Shown here: positions 8,044 through 17,602 of the stretch, piece after piece
Layout: every line of letters starts with the position of its first letter
Position numbering within the stretch: the first letter of the stretch is position 1
Source of the DNA: Nitrososphaera viennensis EN76
GTDB taxonomy: Archaea; Thermoproteota; Nitrososphaeria; Nitrososphaerales; Nitrososphaeraceae
NCBI RefSeq assembly: GCF_000698785.1
Contig: NZ_CP007536.1
Location: 1,230,001-1,262,000, forward strand
DNA: 32,000 bases
Direction: 5' to 3'
Notes under the pieces: generated by a model
What the model was told of the DNA's origin: nothing
The model's input: only the letters and a program-made list of their open reading frames with translations
Databases searched by the model: none
Made by a program: the position numbers and the translations under genes

Positions 8044-8808
8044 TCATTGCCGGGCGGTCACGCCGCCGTCGACTACAAGTACCGTCCCGGTCACCCACTT
8101 TGCTTCGTCCGACGCCAGGTACGCGACTGCGCCTGCAACGTCCTCCGGCTCGCCTATCCTGCGCAGCGGAAACGTCGATTCAAGCACCTTTTTGGCGTTT
8201 TCATCCTGCAGGTACGGCTCTATCATGGAACTCCTGATGGTAGAGGGAGCGACGCAGTTGGACCTGATTCCGTACTGGCCGTACTCGACTGCGATGCTCC
8301 TTGTGAACATGATTACGCCGGCCTTGGTCGCGCCATATACCGCAAGCGGCACCTTTGGTATGGAGCGTATGCCAAGCACCGACGAGATGTTGACGATGCT
8401 CCCGCCCTTGTTGCCGTTCATCATTACAGGGATAACTGCCTTGGTCATCTGGAACGTGCCTATCAGGTTCGTGTCGACAAGCTCGCTCCACTGATCCTCG
8501 GTCATCTCGTGGAAGCAGACAGGGTCGTTTATGCTGCCCGCGTTGTTGACAAGGATGTCTATTCTGTCAAAGGATGATATGGTCTGCTCGACTGCGCTGA
8601 GCACTTCGGCCTCTTTTGTGATGTCGGCAGCAACGGTCAGCGTGTTTTTCTTGTCGCCTGCCTCGGCCGCCGCCTTGGCAAGCCGGTCCCTGTTCCTCCC
8701 TATGAGGACCACCTTGCAGCCCTCTGAAACTAGCCTCTTTACTATAGCCCGCCCAACACCGCCTCCAGCGCCAGTGACGATAGCAACCTTGCCTTTAAGA
8801 AGGACCAT
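8044..8808 (-). CDS. short-chain dehydrogenase/reductase (FabG-like)
   Basis: TGAGGGVG cofactor motif, NNAG, catalytic S...YGATK, and a C-terminal GTVLVVDGG. Confidence 0.9.
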   Translation of the reverse strand: MVLLKGKVAIVTGAGGGVGRAIVKRLVSEGCKVVLIGRNRDRLAKAAAEAGDKKNTLTVAADITKEAEVLSAVEQTISSFDRIDILVNNAGSINDPVCFHEMTEDQWSELVDTNLIGTFQMTKAVIPVMMNGNKGGSIVNISSVLGIRSIPKVPLAVYGATKAGVIMFTRSIAVEYGQYGIRSNCVAPSTIRSSMIEPYLQDENAKKVLESTFPLRRIGEPEDVAGAVAYLASDEAKWVTGTVLVVDGGVTARQ

Positions 8809-8874
8809 ATATGACGGCTAATTGGCAGACTAAACTTTTAAAGTGTTTGAAAGCAGGCGGGACGATTGTGACGA

Positions 8875-9834
8875 CTATTTATCCTTCTTCCCGACGGCCT
8901 TTGCCACGGCCGCTTCCAGTTCTCCGACAATTGCAGAAATGTCAGAGGGGTCGCTCTTGAAGGTCGCGCCCGCCGCATAGTCGTGGCCGCCGCCTTCCGG
9001 GAGGTACGAGGCCACCTGCCTGCATGAAACGCGCTCATTGCTCCGGCGTATGCTCACCTTGCCTTTTGTGCTGTAGAACATGGCAAGGTCGGCGCCGGTT
9101 GCGGCAAATACCTCCTCCGAGAAGAGGCTGCTGTTGAGGTACGGCGACGACTGGACGTACGCCACCTTGATGCTGTCGACAGCTCTTACTTGCAAGGTCG
9201 AGAGCGCCTGCACCTTGGCCTCGTCGCGCAGCTTGGAATACCTGGCATAGTCTTCGTGCATGTCCGTGTCCCACAGGATGCCCTTTGCAGACTTTTTTGC
9301 AAGCGCGGACAGCCGCTCGTAAAAGTCCGGAAAATTCTGGTAGTAGCGTATCAGCTCTGTTATCGGCGTGAGGTACTGGTCTTTAGTGAAAAAGTCCATC
9401 GTGTGCGCCATGCTTGCCAGCTTTTTCGCAAGGTCGTTTTCCGGCACCAGCCTTTCGTACATCAGGTCTGCCGCGCACTTTCCTCCCGACGGATCATGCA
9501 CCAGCTCCGCGTAGTCCTTGACCGCGTCGATTGCGGCCTGCGACCATGGGTGGTGGTCGACCCACATCAGCTTCCACCCGTTGCGCGACGCGTCTGCAAA
9601 TATCTGCCTGCACGCCTCTATCGCGTCGTCGTTCAGGCCAAGGTCTGCGACGATGACAAGCCCGCGCTCCTTTGAAAAGTGCGTCGCAGAGTAGAGAAAG
9701 TTGCCCATCTTTTGCATGTTCTCCACGCCGTAGCCGAGGAACACGGTTGCCGCCTGCGGGTAGCGTATGAGGCCGATTGCGGCAGAGTAGAGCCCGTCAA
9801 GGTCAGACTCGTGGGAAAATATGAGAACCTTCAT
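8875..9834 (-). CDS. DHH/DHHA1-family phosphoesterase (NrnA-like)
   Basis: MKVLIFSHESDLDG, VDHHPW and GGGHDYAAGA motifs. The ATG at 9834 overlaps the HAD stop as ATGA. Confidence 0.8.
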   Translation of the reverse strand: MKVLIFSHESDLDGLYSAAIGLIRYPQAATVFLGYGVENMQKMGNFLYSATHFSKERGLVIVADLGLNDDAIEACRQIFADASRNGWKLMWVDHHPWSQAAIDAVKDYAELVHDPSGGKCAADLMYERLVPENDLAKKLASMAHTMDFFTKDQYLTPITELIRYYQNFPDFYERLSALAKKSAKGILWDTDMHEDYARYSKLRDEAKVQALSTLQVRAVDSIKVAYVQSSPYLNSSLFSEEVFAATGADLAMFYSTKGKVSIRRSNERVSCRQVASYLPEGGGHDYAAGATFKSDPSDISAIVGELEAAVAKAVGKKDK

Positions 9835-10487
9835 TGTCGCAGGCACATCTCCTTTAGCGGGCCCTTTAATGAACTTGTTTTTTCAAAGATCCTGTCTTTT
9901 GCGATGATGCCTTCAAAGTCAGAGTGCAGAAGAGGCGTGTTGTTCAGGACGACGTAGCAGGATATGCCGGCGTTATTTGCCGCGCGCACGCCCAGAGGCG
10001 CGTTTTCCACGACTACCGCGTCCTTGGCAGATACGCGGAGTCTTGAAAGCGCGGTAGTAAACGCAAGCGGGTCGGGCTTGCCCCTCTTTATGTCGTCTGC
10101 CGTTATGATGGCGTCGAATTTTTCTTTTCCGATGGTCTCGTCAAGTACCGACTCGACGTCATGCTTGTTGGAGCCACTTACAACTGCCTTTGGACATGCA
10201 AGGCTTTCAACCATCTCCTTCACGCCTTCGAACGCTTTGGGCTTTTCCATTTCTTTGAACAGTCTGTCTTTTTCCGCCATTATCTTCTTGACAAGCGACA
10301 AATCAGAATTGTGCTCCGCAAGTATCTTTTCTGTCAGCTCTGCCCCGCGCATCCCCTCAAGGACATATATTGTGCGCTTTTCAATCCTGATGCTGGCGAT
10401 ATTCTGAAATGCCTGCACCCATGCCTGCGAATGCGGCGGCATCGAATTTACAAGCACGCCGTCAAGGTCAAAGATGATCCCTTGCAC
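9831..10487 (-). CDS. HAD-superfamily hydrolase (beta-phosphoglucomutase-like subfamily)
   Basis: IIFDLDGVLVNS motif I, SGS motif II, GKPDP, and VVENAPLGVRAA motif IV. GTG start. Confidence 0.85.
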   Translation of the reverse strand: MQGIIFDLDGVLVNSMPPHSQAWVQAFQNIASIRIEKRTIYVLEGMRGAELTEKILAEHNSDLSLVKKIMAEKDRLFKEMEKPKAFEGVKEMVESLACPKAVVSGSNKHDVESVLDETIGKEKFDAIITADDIKRGKPDPLAFTTALSRLRVSAKDAVVVENAPLGVRAANNAGISCYVVLNNTPLLHSDFEGIIAKDRIFEKTSSLKGPLKEMCLRQ

Positions 10488-10531
10488 GACGGAAAAGACT
10501 TGGGTGCGCTATAAATTTGCCACTGGCAGGA

Positions 10532-10948
10532 TTAGCGATACCTTTCCATCCACTCGTCGTTTCGGTAGTGGTCGGGGTTGAGCCTAAAGCCCTGCGTCTG
10601 CTCGTGCGGGACGTCCTTTAGCTTCAGGTTATAGTTCAGCTTTTTCTTCTTCATCATCTTGGTAAGCCATAGCACAAAGCAGTCCTCGATGGTGTTTGCC
10701 TCCTGCTTGTTGATTTCAGGGTAGATATCAAGGAGCACCTCGACGAAATCCGGCTCAAAGTAAAGCATGAAAAAGTCCCACCCGAGGGCCTTGCCGGCGG
10801 ACGAGCACTCGACGTTTCCCTTTGCATGCGCGCCCCATTCCAGGCCGCCGATAAATTCCATTATCCGGGCGTGCTCTTTCTCAAAGTTGATGCAGGAGCC
10901 CTGAATGGCTATCATGGGCGGCTTGTCTGCATACTTGCGGTTCACCAA
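10532..10948 (-). CDS. hypothetical protein
   Basis: 138-aa ORF with TTG start, or 127 aa from the ATG at 10915. An AT box tttacttaaatag lies 30-45 nt upstream of 10948. No family recognised. Confidence 0.5.
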   Translation of the reverse strand: MVNRKYADKPPMIAIQGSCINFEKEHARIMEFIGGLEWGAHAKGNVECSSAGKALGWDFFMLYFEPDFVEVLLDIYPEINKQEANTIEDCFVLWLTKMMKKKKLNYNLKLKDVPHEQTQGFRLNPDHYRNDEWMERYR

Positions 10949-10998
10949 GGCTGTCGCCGCAGTACCTTGGCTGACACTCTATTTAAGTAAATTGCATG

Positions 10999-12645
10999 CT
11001 AGAGGTAGCGCTTTAGCACAGAGGACGCGCGCTCATAACCCAGATCGAGGAAATAGTTGCCAATCCTCGGACCCCTGTCGGCGTTCAGGAACATCCTGTA
11101 CAGCAGCGTGAACAGCTCTTTTGGCTCCATGCCGTTTGCCCGGGCAATGTCAAACACCCTTGACTGGAGGGCCTTGGCGTTTTCCGGCGTCTCTTGCACG
11201 CCTGCAAACTCGCCAAGCACGCCAAGAAGATCAGTTACTGCTTTTTTCTGGCTGTCTGTCAGCTGCACCTCGAACTTTTCTTCGTGCTGGCTGGCGTTGT
11301 CGTCCGCCCAGTTTGCGGCAAGTTGGATCTTGCGCATTATCGCGTCGCCCTTTTCCTTGACCATGCCATATTTTACAAGGCGGGAAAACACCTTTTCAAG
11401 CCTGTCCGGGTCGCTTGGGTATATCGACGCCTGCTGTACAAGAAAGCGATAGAGCGCGTGCGGCGCTGGCTGCTTTGGCGGGTCCAGCTTGTTGATGTAT
11501 TCGTATATGCCCTTTATCTTGGTCAGTTTCGCAGGGTTGTCCTCCTTTACCTTGCCAAAGTAGAGATCCTCGTACGAGTCGTACTCGTCCATCAAAGCCG
11601 GCACGTCTTCAAGCCCGACGTGGTGCGTGCCGGCGATGCGCTTGAACAGCAACAGCAGTATCGATTCCGGCGTGCCGTACCTCAGCCACATCTGCGGCGT
11701 CAGCACGTTGCCGGCAGACTTGCTTATCTTTTTGCCCGACTTGTCAAGGAACATTTCGTATTTCACGTGCAGCGGATGGGGGTGCCCCAGTATCTCGTCG
11801 CAGACCCAGTCGTTTACGCGCACCGAGTCCATGATGTCCTTGCCGTACGCCTCAAAGCGGACGTCAAACGCCTGCCAGCGCGCGGCAAACTCGACCTTCC
11901 ACGCAAGCTTGCCCTCGCCTTTTGTAATGTCGGCCTCGCCCCTGTGGCCGCAGCCGGGGACCTCGTTCTTGCCTATCCTGCTCCCCTTGCATGTGTACGT
12001 CACTTTCTTTTCATCAGGAAGGTACTTTTCTGCGGCCGCCGTGTACAGCCGGCCGCAACTGGAACATACGGGAAAATAGGGGAGCACGCTCACGTACTTG
12101 TCCTGCCCCACAAACTCGGCTATCTTTTTGCCCAGCTTTTCGCTGCTCTGCAGTATCCTGTCTATCTGGCTGACGAGTTTTCCAGACTTGTAGGCTTCAC
12201 GTCCGCTCTGGAAGCGGTATTTTATCCCGGCCCTGTCAAGGCCGTCAAGGAGAAGGCTGCTCATGTGCGCGCCGTACGACGCGTGGCAGCTGCCGAAAGG
12301 ATCAGGGATTTCCGAAACTGGCCTTGCGATGTGGTCCTTGAGCCAGTCGGGAAGGCCGGCGGGTATCTTGCGCAGGCCGTCCATGTCGTCTGAGTAAGCA
12401 ATCAGCTCAGCTCTGTAGCCCATGTTCTGTAGCGCAAGTGCAATCCCGTACGCCCTGACGGCGTCTCCCATGCTTCCAATGTGCGGGATGCCGGAGGCTC
12501 CAAGGCCGCTTTCCACCCGGATAAGATCGAGTTTGCGGCCCAGCTTTTTTTCCCTCTTTATCAGCGTGTCCGCTACCTTGTCAAGCCACGTGCCCTTGCC
12601 AATCACTATCTGCTGCTGATTATGATTATCTTCTTCTTCATTCAT
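10999..12645 (-). CDS. lysS: lysine--tRNA ligase, class I
   Basis: SGIPHIGSMGD (HIGH-type), KISKSAGN (KMSKS-type), and the overall archaeal class I LysRS layout. ATG at 12645, 6 nt after the elp3 stop. Confidence 0.92.
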   Translation of the reverse strand: MNEEEDNHNQQQIVIGKGTWLDKVADTLIKREKKLGRKLDLIRVESGLGASGIPHIGSMGDAVRAYGIALALQNMGYRAELIAYSDDMDGLRKIPAGLPDWLKDHIARPVSEIPDPFGSCHASYGAHMSSLLLDGLDRAGIKYRFQSGREAYKSGKLVSQIDRILQSSEKLGKKIAEFVGQDKYVSVLPYFPVCSSCGRLYTAAAEKYLPDEKKVTYTCKGSRIGKNEVPGCGHRGEADITKGEGKLAWKVEFAARWQAFDVRFEAYGKDIMDSVRVNDWVCDEILGHPHPLHVKYEMFLDKSGKKISKSAGNVLTPQMWLRYGTPESILLLLFKRIAGTHHVGLEDVPALMDEYDSYEDLYFGKVKEDNPAKLTKIKGIYEYINKLDPPKQPAPHALYRFLVQQASIYPSDPDRLEKVFSRLVKYGMVKEKGDAIMRKIQLAANWADDNASQHEEKFEVQLTDSQKKAVTDLLGVLGEFAGVQETPENAKALQSRVFDIARANGMEPKELFTLLYRMFLNADRGPRIGNYFLDLGYERASSVLKRYL

Positions 12646-12651
12646 CTATTA

Positions 12652-14250
12652 TCATAGCACCTTTGAAACGTAAGGCCCGTCTTGACGGTATCCTAATCGT
12701 GTTTTATAGTATTCCCTTGTCCCGACCGCGCTGATGACCGCGATTTTTCCTGCGCCAAGCTCGTCTTTTGCAATCCTCTCGGCTTCCTGCATGAGCTTCG
12801 TCCCGTAGCCCCTGTGCTGGTACGACGAGCTGTCGGCATCAAGGCCAACTCCAAGCGCCTGTCCATATACATGAAGTTCGCGCACGATGGCGACGTTTTG
12901 CAGCTCTTGCCTGTGCGGGCTGTTTACTTTTCTCAGGCGCAAAAAGCCGAGGATTGTCTTGCCGTCGGCGCTTTCGTACGACAGGAAGATTTCCCTGCCG
13001 CCCGACGCGGCATAATCAGTCCTCTTCATCACGACCTCGTCTTCTGCAGGATACCGTTTCTGCAGACCAGCCTCCCGGCACCTTATGCATGTGCAGTCGT
13101 GGCCTTGCTTTTTCAAGCGTGCAAGCACTATTTGCCGCAGGTTTCCACTCTTTGGCCCTGCAATGATGTCGTCAGACTCGATCTCGCGCTGGACGCGCAT
13201 TATGCGCACGTACTGCGGAACCATTTTCTTCATTTCCACAATCACGTCAACAAGGTCGTCGTCAGAATATGCGCAGTACTTGCCGCTGCTGTAAAGCTTG
13301 TACAGGCCGGTGTGCTCCAGCACCAGCGTCGGGTAGACCTTGAGCATGTCCGGCTTGAACGCCTCGTCCTCGAACAGCCTCTTGAAATCGGCAATGTCTT
13401 TTTCCGGCGAAGAGCCGGGGAGCCCCGGCATCATGTGCGCCACAATCTTGTAGCCCGAGTCGCGGGTTATGCGGAATGAATCAATGACGTCGTCAAGTGT
13501 GTGACCCCTGTTCACAAGTTTGTAGACGTTGTCGCGCAATGACTGGACGCCGATTTCCACTCGCGTGACTCCAAGCTCCAGCATCAGGTCGACGTGCGGC
13601 TCCTTGCAATAGTCGGGCTTGGTCTCGACGGTAAAGCCGACGCAGCGGTTCTCTGCGCGCTCGTTTGCGGCCATTGCCTCCTGCAGGTTTTTCGACCTAG
13701 AGCCGTTTAGCGCGTCGTAGCATGACTTGGCAAACTCGCGCTGGTAATCCTCTGGCATGAAGGGAAAGGTGCCGCCCACAATGACTAACTCGGACTTGCC
13801 AGTGTCGTGGCCCCGTGACTGCAGCTGTTTCATCTTTGAGGAGACCTGCTCGTACGGGTCGAACTGGAACTTTTGCGCGGCCCTTGTGGCAGGCTCTGTT
13901 CCCGTGTACGAAAGCGGCGTGTTGAACTCGATGCCGCCGGGGCAGTAGATGCACTTGCCGTGCGGGCATTCGTACGGCTTGGGCATCACCGCTATCACGG
14001 CCACGCCGGAGGCAGTCTTGGCCGGCTTGACCATCAGCAGCTTGCGGTACCTGCTGTTTTTTGGCAGGTAGCTGATGATGTGCGCGTTTTTTGGCATCGT
14101 CGACAGGTGAAAAGAAGATGAGACGTCCCTGACTATCTGGCGCACCTCGCCTGCCGACAGCGGCTGCTGCTGCTTTTCGACAACAAGCATGGCTATGGTC
14201 CTGCACGCCTGCTGGTAGTTCGGGTCAGAGTCGGCAGCCGCGCTTAGCAA
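12652..14250 (-). CDS. elp3: Elp3-type radical SAM/GNAT tRNA U34 carboxymethyltransferase
   Basis: CPHGKCIYCPGG radical-SAM cluster and a C-terminal GNAT domain (QHRGYGTKLMQEAE). The start is uncertain: TTG at 14250 or ATG at 14190. Confidence 0.9.
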   Translation of the reverse strand: MLSAAADSDPNYQQACRTIAMLVVEKQQQPLSAGEVRQIVRDVSSSFHLSTMPKNAHIISYLPKNSRYRKLLMVKPAKTASGVAVIAVMPKPYECPHGKCIYCPGGIEFNTPLSYTGTEPATRAAQKFQFDPYEQVSSKMKQLQSRGHDTGKSELVIVGGTFPFMPEDYQREFAKSCYDALNGSRSKNLQEAMAANERAENRCVGFTVETKPDYCKEPHVDLMLELGVTRVEIGVQSLRDNVYKLVNRGHTLDDVIDSFRITRDSGYKIVAHMMPGLPGSSPEKDIADFKRLFEDEAFKPDMLKVYPTLVLEHTGLYKLYSSGKYCAYSDDDLVDVIVEMKKMVPQYVRIMRVQREIESDDIIAGPKSGNLRQIVLARLKKQGHDCTCIRCREAGLQKRYPAEDEVVMKRTDYAASGGREIFLSYESADGKTILGFLRLRKVNSPHRQELQNVAIVRELHVYGQALGVGLDADSSSYQHRGYGTKLMQEAERIAKDELGAGKIAVISAVGTREYYKTRLGYRQDGPYVSKVL

Positions 14251-14298
14251 TATTTTTCAAAAATGCTTTTGTTCGCATATTAATTTTTGCAAGGCTCT

Positions 14299-15336
14299 CT
14301 AGAGCGCCTGCTTCTTTTTTCCTTCCAGTGTTGCGACGACGCCTGTTCCTTTCTCTATCCTGCCGACTGCCTTGCAGCCCATCTTGTATCTCTTGAACGT
14401 GCGGATGACCTGCTCGGTACTTGCCTTTGGCGCAATGACGCAAAAGCCTATTCCCATGTTAAACGTGCGGTACATTTCGCCTGTCTCGATGTTGCCGTCT
14501 ACCTGTATCTGCAGGAATATGCCCGTCGGGGCAGGCAGGCCGTCAAGGCAGTACTGCACGTTTTTGTTCAGGCGCGGCAATTTTGTAAACGAGCCTCCCG
14601 TGATGTTGGCAAGGCCGTGCATCGCGATCTTCTTTTTGAAAAGCTCCATCACCGGCTTTACGTAGATCCGCGTCGGGATCAACAGCTCTTCGCCCACCGT
14701 CTGGACAAGATGCTCGGCGCTGTCATCTACAGAGTATTTCGATAACAACACTTTTCGCGCAAGGGTATATCCGTTTGAATGCAGCCCGCTGCTCTCTACG
14801 CCAAGGATGACGTCGCCGGGTTTTATCGCGCCACCAAGGAGCGGCTTGCCACCATCCACGGTCCCAAGTACCATGCCGGCAAGGTCAAACGCGTTTTCCT
14901 CACCTGCTATGACATCAGGCAGGACAGCAGTCTCGCCTCCCACGATTGCCATCTGCGACTGCTTGGCGCCTTCCACCAGCCCGTGTGCGATTTGCTCAAG
15001 CAGTTTTTCGTTCGCCTGCCTGAGCGCGATATAGTCGATGAATGCCACAGGCTTTGCACCGACGCAAATAATGTCGTTCACGTTCATTGCGACGCAGTCG
15101 ATGCCAACGGTGTCGAATTTGTTCATGAGCTGCGCGACAAGCACTTTTGTGCCCACGCCATCAGAGTGCAGCGCAAGCGTCTGCGAGCCGAGCCTGACAA
15201 GCCCCGCGTAATGCCCAAAGCCGGAAAGCACCTTTCCCGCGGAGATCATCTTGTGCGTGGCAGAAATGATGTCTCCTATCGACTTTTGCGCGGTGCGGAT
15301 CTTGCCGACATCGACGCCGGCGTCGCGGTATGTCAT
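14299..15336 (-). CDS. purM: phosphoribosylformylglycinamidine cyclo-ligase (AIR synthase)
   Basis: MTYRDAGVDV..., DGVGTK, and GGETA motifs. ATG at 15336 is preceded by GAGGAGG; the track start at 15351 is TTG. Confidence 0.92.
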   Translation of the reverse strand: MTYRDAGVDVGKIRTAQKSIGDIISATHKMISAGKVLSGFGHYAGLVRLGSQTLALHSDGVGTKVLVAQLMNKFDTVGIDCVAMNVNDIICVGAKPVAFIDYIALRQANEKLLEQIAHGLVEGAKQSQMAIVGGETAVLPDVIAGEENAFDLAGMVLGTVDGGKPLLGGAIKPGDVILGVESSGLHSNGYTLARKVLLSKYSVDDSAEHLVQTVGEELLIPTRIYVKPVMELFKKKIAMHGLANITGGSFTKLPRLNKNVQYCLDGLPAPTGIFLQIQVDGNIETGEMYRTFNMGIGFCVIAPKASTEQVIRTFKRYKMGCKAVGRIEKGTGVVATLEGKKKQAL

Positions 15337-15535
15337 CCTCCTCTCTTTCAATACGGCCAGATAAGGCCGAGCTCGTTATAAATAATAATACATATTTTTT
15401 CAACTGCCTGGAAGATGACAGAACGCGTGGTTTTTGCATTCTTTGCTTTCAGAAAATAAAGGCGCAAAAATTGAGCTGTGCTAAAAGAGATCCTGCCCGG
15501 ACAGCATAAATCCAGCGCAGGTAGTGACTACCCCG

Positions 15536-15739
15536 ATGACGGAAAGCGAAACAACGATGCAGATGGTTCTGAATCGCAATCGAATTACTGTAAGCATCAC
15601 CATGTTTGGCGGCGGTGTGCTTGTCACAAGGGTGTTTGAGGGTAGTGGCTGTTATGACCAGCTTGTGGATTTTCTCAAGAGCCAGTTTGGTATAGGCAGC
15701 GTGATACGCTCCTCCATTATCATTGCTGATGACAGATGA
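15536..15739 (+). CDS. small hypothetical ORF (possibly the N-terminal part of the next ORF)
   Basis: ORF ending in a TGA TAA TGA CGA TGA tract. No family recognised. Coding status is uncertain. Confidence 0.25.
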   Translation: MTESETTMQMVLNRNRITVSITMFGGGVLVTRVFEGSGCYDQLVDFLKSQFGIGSVIRSSIIIADDR

Positions 15740-15950
15740 TAATGACGATGAAGACGAAGAATGCTTAATAGTAATCTCTTGGCAGTACACATGCAGATTG
15801 AACGCGTTTGACAAGAGCAGGATGAGCATCACGGCCTGGTGCGAGGATTGCGAGTGCGTGTTTGACAACAGGTTGGAAGTTGAGGCGCACCGGCAGGAAA
15901 AAGGCCATAGGGTGAAGGTGACCGAGTTCTGGGTCACCGGCAGGAGATAA
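15729..15950 (+). CDS. small acidic protein with one classical C2H2 zinc finger
   Basis: CEDCECVFDNRLEVEAHRQEKGH fits C-x2-C-x3-F-x5-V-x2-H-x5-H. N-terminal DDNDDEDEE. ATG at 15729. The stop lies 4 nt from the convergent ureD stop. Confidence 0.45.
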   Translation: MTDDNDDEDEECLIVISWQYTCRLNAFDKSRMSITAWCEDCECVFDNRLEVEAHRQEKGHRVKVTEFWVTGRR

Positions 15951-15954
15951 GAGC

Positions 15955-16908
15955 TTAGGCCTTTCTGATGCCGCTGAACGGCGCGTCAAGTATGGTCCTT
16001 CTTGCCACCCTTACAACCTCAAACACTGCGTTGCGCAGCAGGTTTGCCGTATCTCCAAGCATCCTGACTATTACTCCCGAGTTGTCTGGAAGTATGCTTG
16101 CACCGGCGTAGAGATCCTTAGAGTAGCCAGCCAAGGCCGAGTTGATCTTGTCATGCAGTTCGGCGACGTATTTTGACGGTGCAAGCACGTACATGCTTCC
16201 CACGGTATCATAGTTTTCCAGCACTCCAAAAGCCTTCATGCTCCGCTTTTTTGGCTCCAGGATTGCAACGTCTACAAATCTCATGTTGCCGTCCTGGTTT
16301 GCGGCCTGGGCCTTCATGTAGCAGATGTCGTACGCAAACGACTCGCCCCTTGCAACCCTGCCAGGAGTCATGATCTCCGAGTACAGCATGGTAGCGCTGT
16401 CATGGACGCGCAGGTTGGCCACCTGGTAGAACCGTGAATCGACGTACGGTATTATCTGGTCCGGGATGTACTCGAAATAGCATCCTTCTCCAACGTCGAC
16501 GTTCACTATCTGCGTTGCAAAATTCTTTTCCATCCTGTAGACACGCGTGGCTCCCTGCGTGGTAATGTGCGCAAGGGCGTTGTTGCGGAGCGTGATATCC
16601 ATGCGGTACCTGTCGCCCTGAAGAATCCCGCCAGACGGCGAGATGATGTAAAGGTACGCCATCGACGGCAGCGCCTCTTCGAGGTACAGCGCGCGCTGGG
16701 TGTAGAGCGGAACCCGGGAGTACTGCTCCTTTACAGAGGTCTTGCCGTTGTGCTTGTCCCTTTCCAGCCTCAGTATCAGGCCGCCAAGCTTGCCGGGATT
16801 TCCCACGCCAAGCTGGTCCAGCTTTGAACCGTACGTCTGCACTTCAGGCGGTATTGCATCCGGGATGTAGTACTCCAGGTCGTCGACAGTCGTCTTTTTT
16901 ATCATCAT
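15955..16908 (-). CDS. ureD: urease accessory protein UreD (UreH)
   Basis: Typical UreD pattern (SPSGGILQGDRY...) and position after ureG. The ATG at 16908 overlaps the ureG stop by 1 nt. Confidence 0.85.
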   Translation of the reverse strand: MMIKKTTVDDLEYYIPDAIPPEVQTYGSKLDQLGVGNPGKLGGLILRLERDKHNGKTSVKEQYSRVPLYTQRALYLEEALPSMAYLYIISPSGGILQGDRYRMDITLRNNALAHITTQGATRVYRMEKNFATQIVNVDVGEGCYFEYIPDQIIPYVDSRFYQVANLRVHDSATMLYSEIMTPGRVARGESFAYDICYMKAQAANQDGNMRFVDVAILEPKKRSMKAFGVLENYDTVGSMYVLAPSKYVAELHDKINSALAGYSKDLYAGASILPDNSGVIVRMLGDTANLLRNAVFEVVRVARRTILDAPFSGIRKA

Positions 16909-17567
16909 CAAACAGCGGCCTTTGGTGGCGATTCAAACAGGACGTCCCTGATGATGTGATCTGCAACCTGCTGGACGCCCTGGCCGGACCTGCAGTTGAC
17001 AAACACGTATGGTTTGCCGCCCCGGATTGCCTTTGCGTCTCTTTCCATTATGGCAAGGTCGGCGCCGACATGGGGAGCCAAGTCGATCTTGTTTATGACC
17101 AATAGGTCGCAGGTCTCTATTCCAAGCCCCCGCTTTCGCGGGTACTTGTCGCCGCCGGACACGTCTATTATGTAGATGAAATAGTCTGCAAGGGCGGGGC
17201 TGAAGGTGGTGGTGATGTTGTCGCCTCCGCTTTCGATGAGTATGAGATCCAGGTAGCCGTGCTTGGACTCCATTTCCTCTACGACTGAAATGTTCATCGA
17301 CGGGTCTTCCCTGACTGCGGTGTGAGGGCATCCGCCTGTCGCCAGCCCTATCACCAGCTCTTCAGGAATCAAGTGCTGCCGGGTGGCAAGGTTCTTTCTC
17401 ATCCTGTCCGCGTCTTCGCGTGAAATCACGTCGTTTGAGATAATGCCAGCCTTGTACCCCTTGGAGGCTAGAATCGGCACCACCATCTCTATCAGCATAG
17501 TTTTTCCCGATCCGACGGGGCCTCCGATCCCCACCCGTGGAATCCTTTTGACTGTTGCGCTGCTCAT
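16908..17567 (-). CDS. ureG: urease accessory GTPase UreG
   Basis: RVGIGGPVGSGKT P-loop, the CPHTAVRED region, ESGGDN, and NKIDL. Confidence 0.95.
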   Translation of the reverse strand: MSSATVKRIPRVGIGGPVGSGKTMLIEMVVPILASKGYKAGIISNDVISREDADRMRKNLATRQHLIPEELVIGLATGGCPHTAVREDPSMNISVVEEMESKHGYLDLILIESGGDNITTTFSPALADYFIYIIDVSGGDKYPRKRGLGIETCDLLVINKIDLAPHVGADLAIMERDAKAIRGGKPYVFVNCRSGQGVQQVADHIIRDVLFESPPKAAV

Positions 17568-17602
17568 GTTTTTCTTCTATCCCCAAATGTAGTGCGTCCA
17601 GA

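Noticed and set aside
11194-12393. Long antisense ORFs opposite well-supported genes: 11194-12393 vs lysS, 20020-20751 vs the chaperonin, 21552-22610 vs ureC, 24367-25188 vs UT, 26089-26802 vs dur3.
   Set aside because: They have Arg/Pro/His/Val-rich low-complexity composition and no recognisable motifs. Each lies fully inside a gene with strong family signatures on the other strand. This is the typical shadow-ORF artefact.
15449-15937. A 162-aa minus-strand ORF between purM and ureD.
   Set aside because: It has a poly-Ser run and low-complexity composition. It is antisense to the plus-strand ORF carrying a perfect C2H2 consensus, and it has no promoter-like signal.
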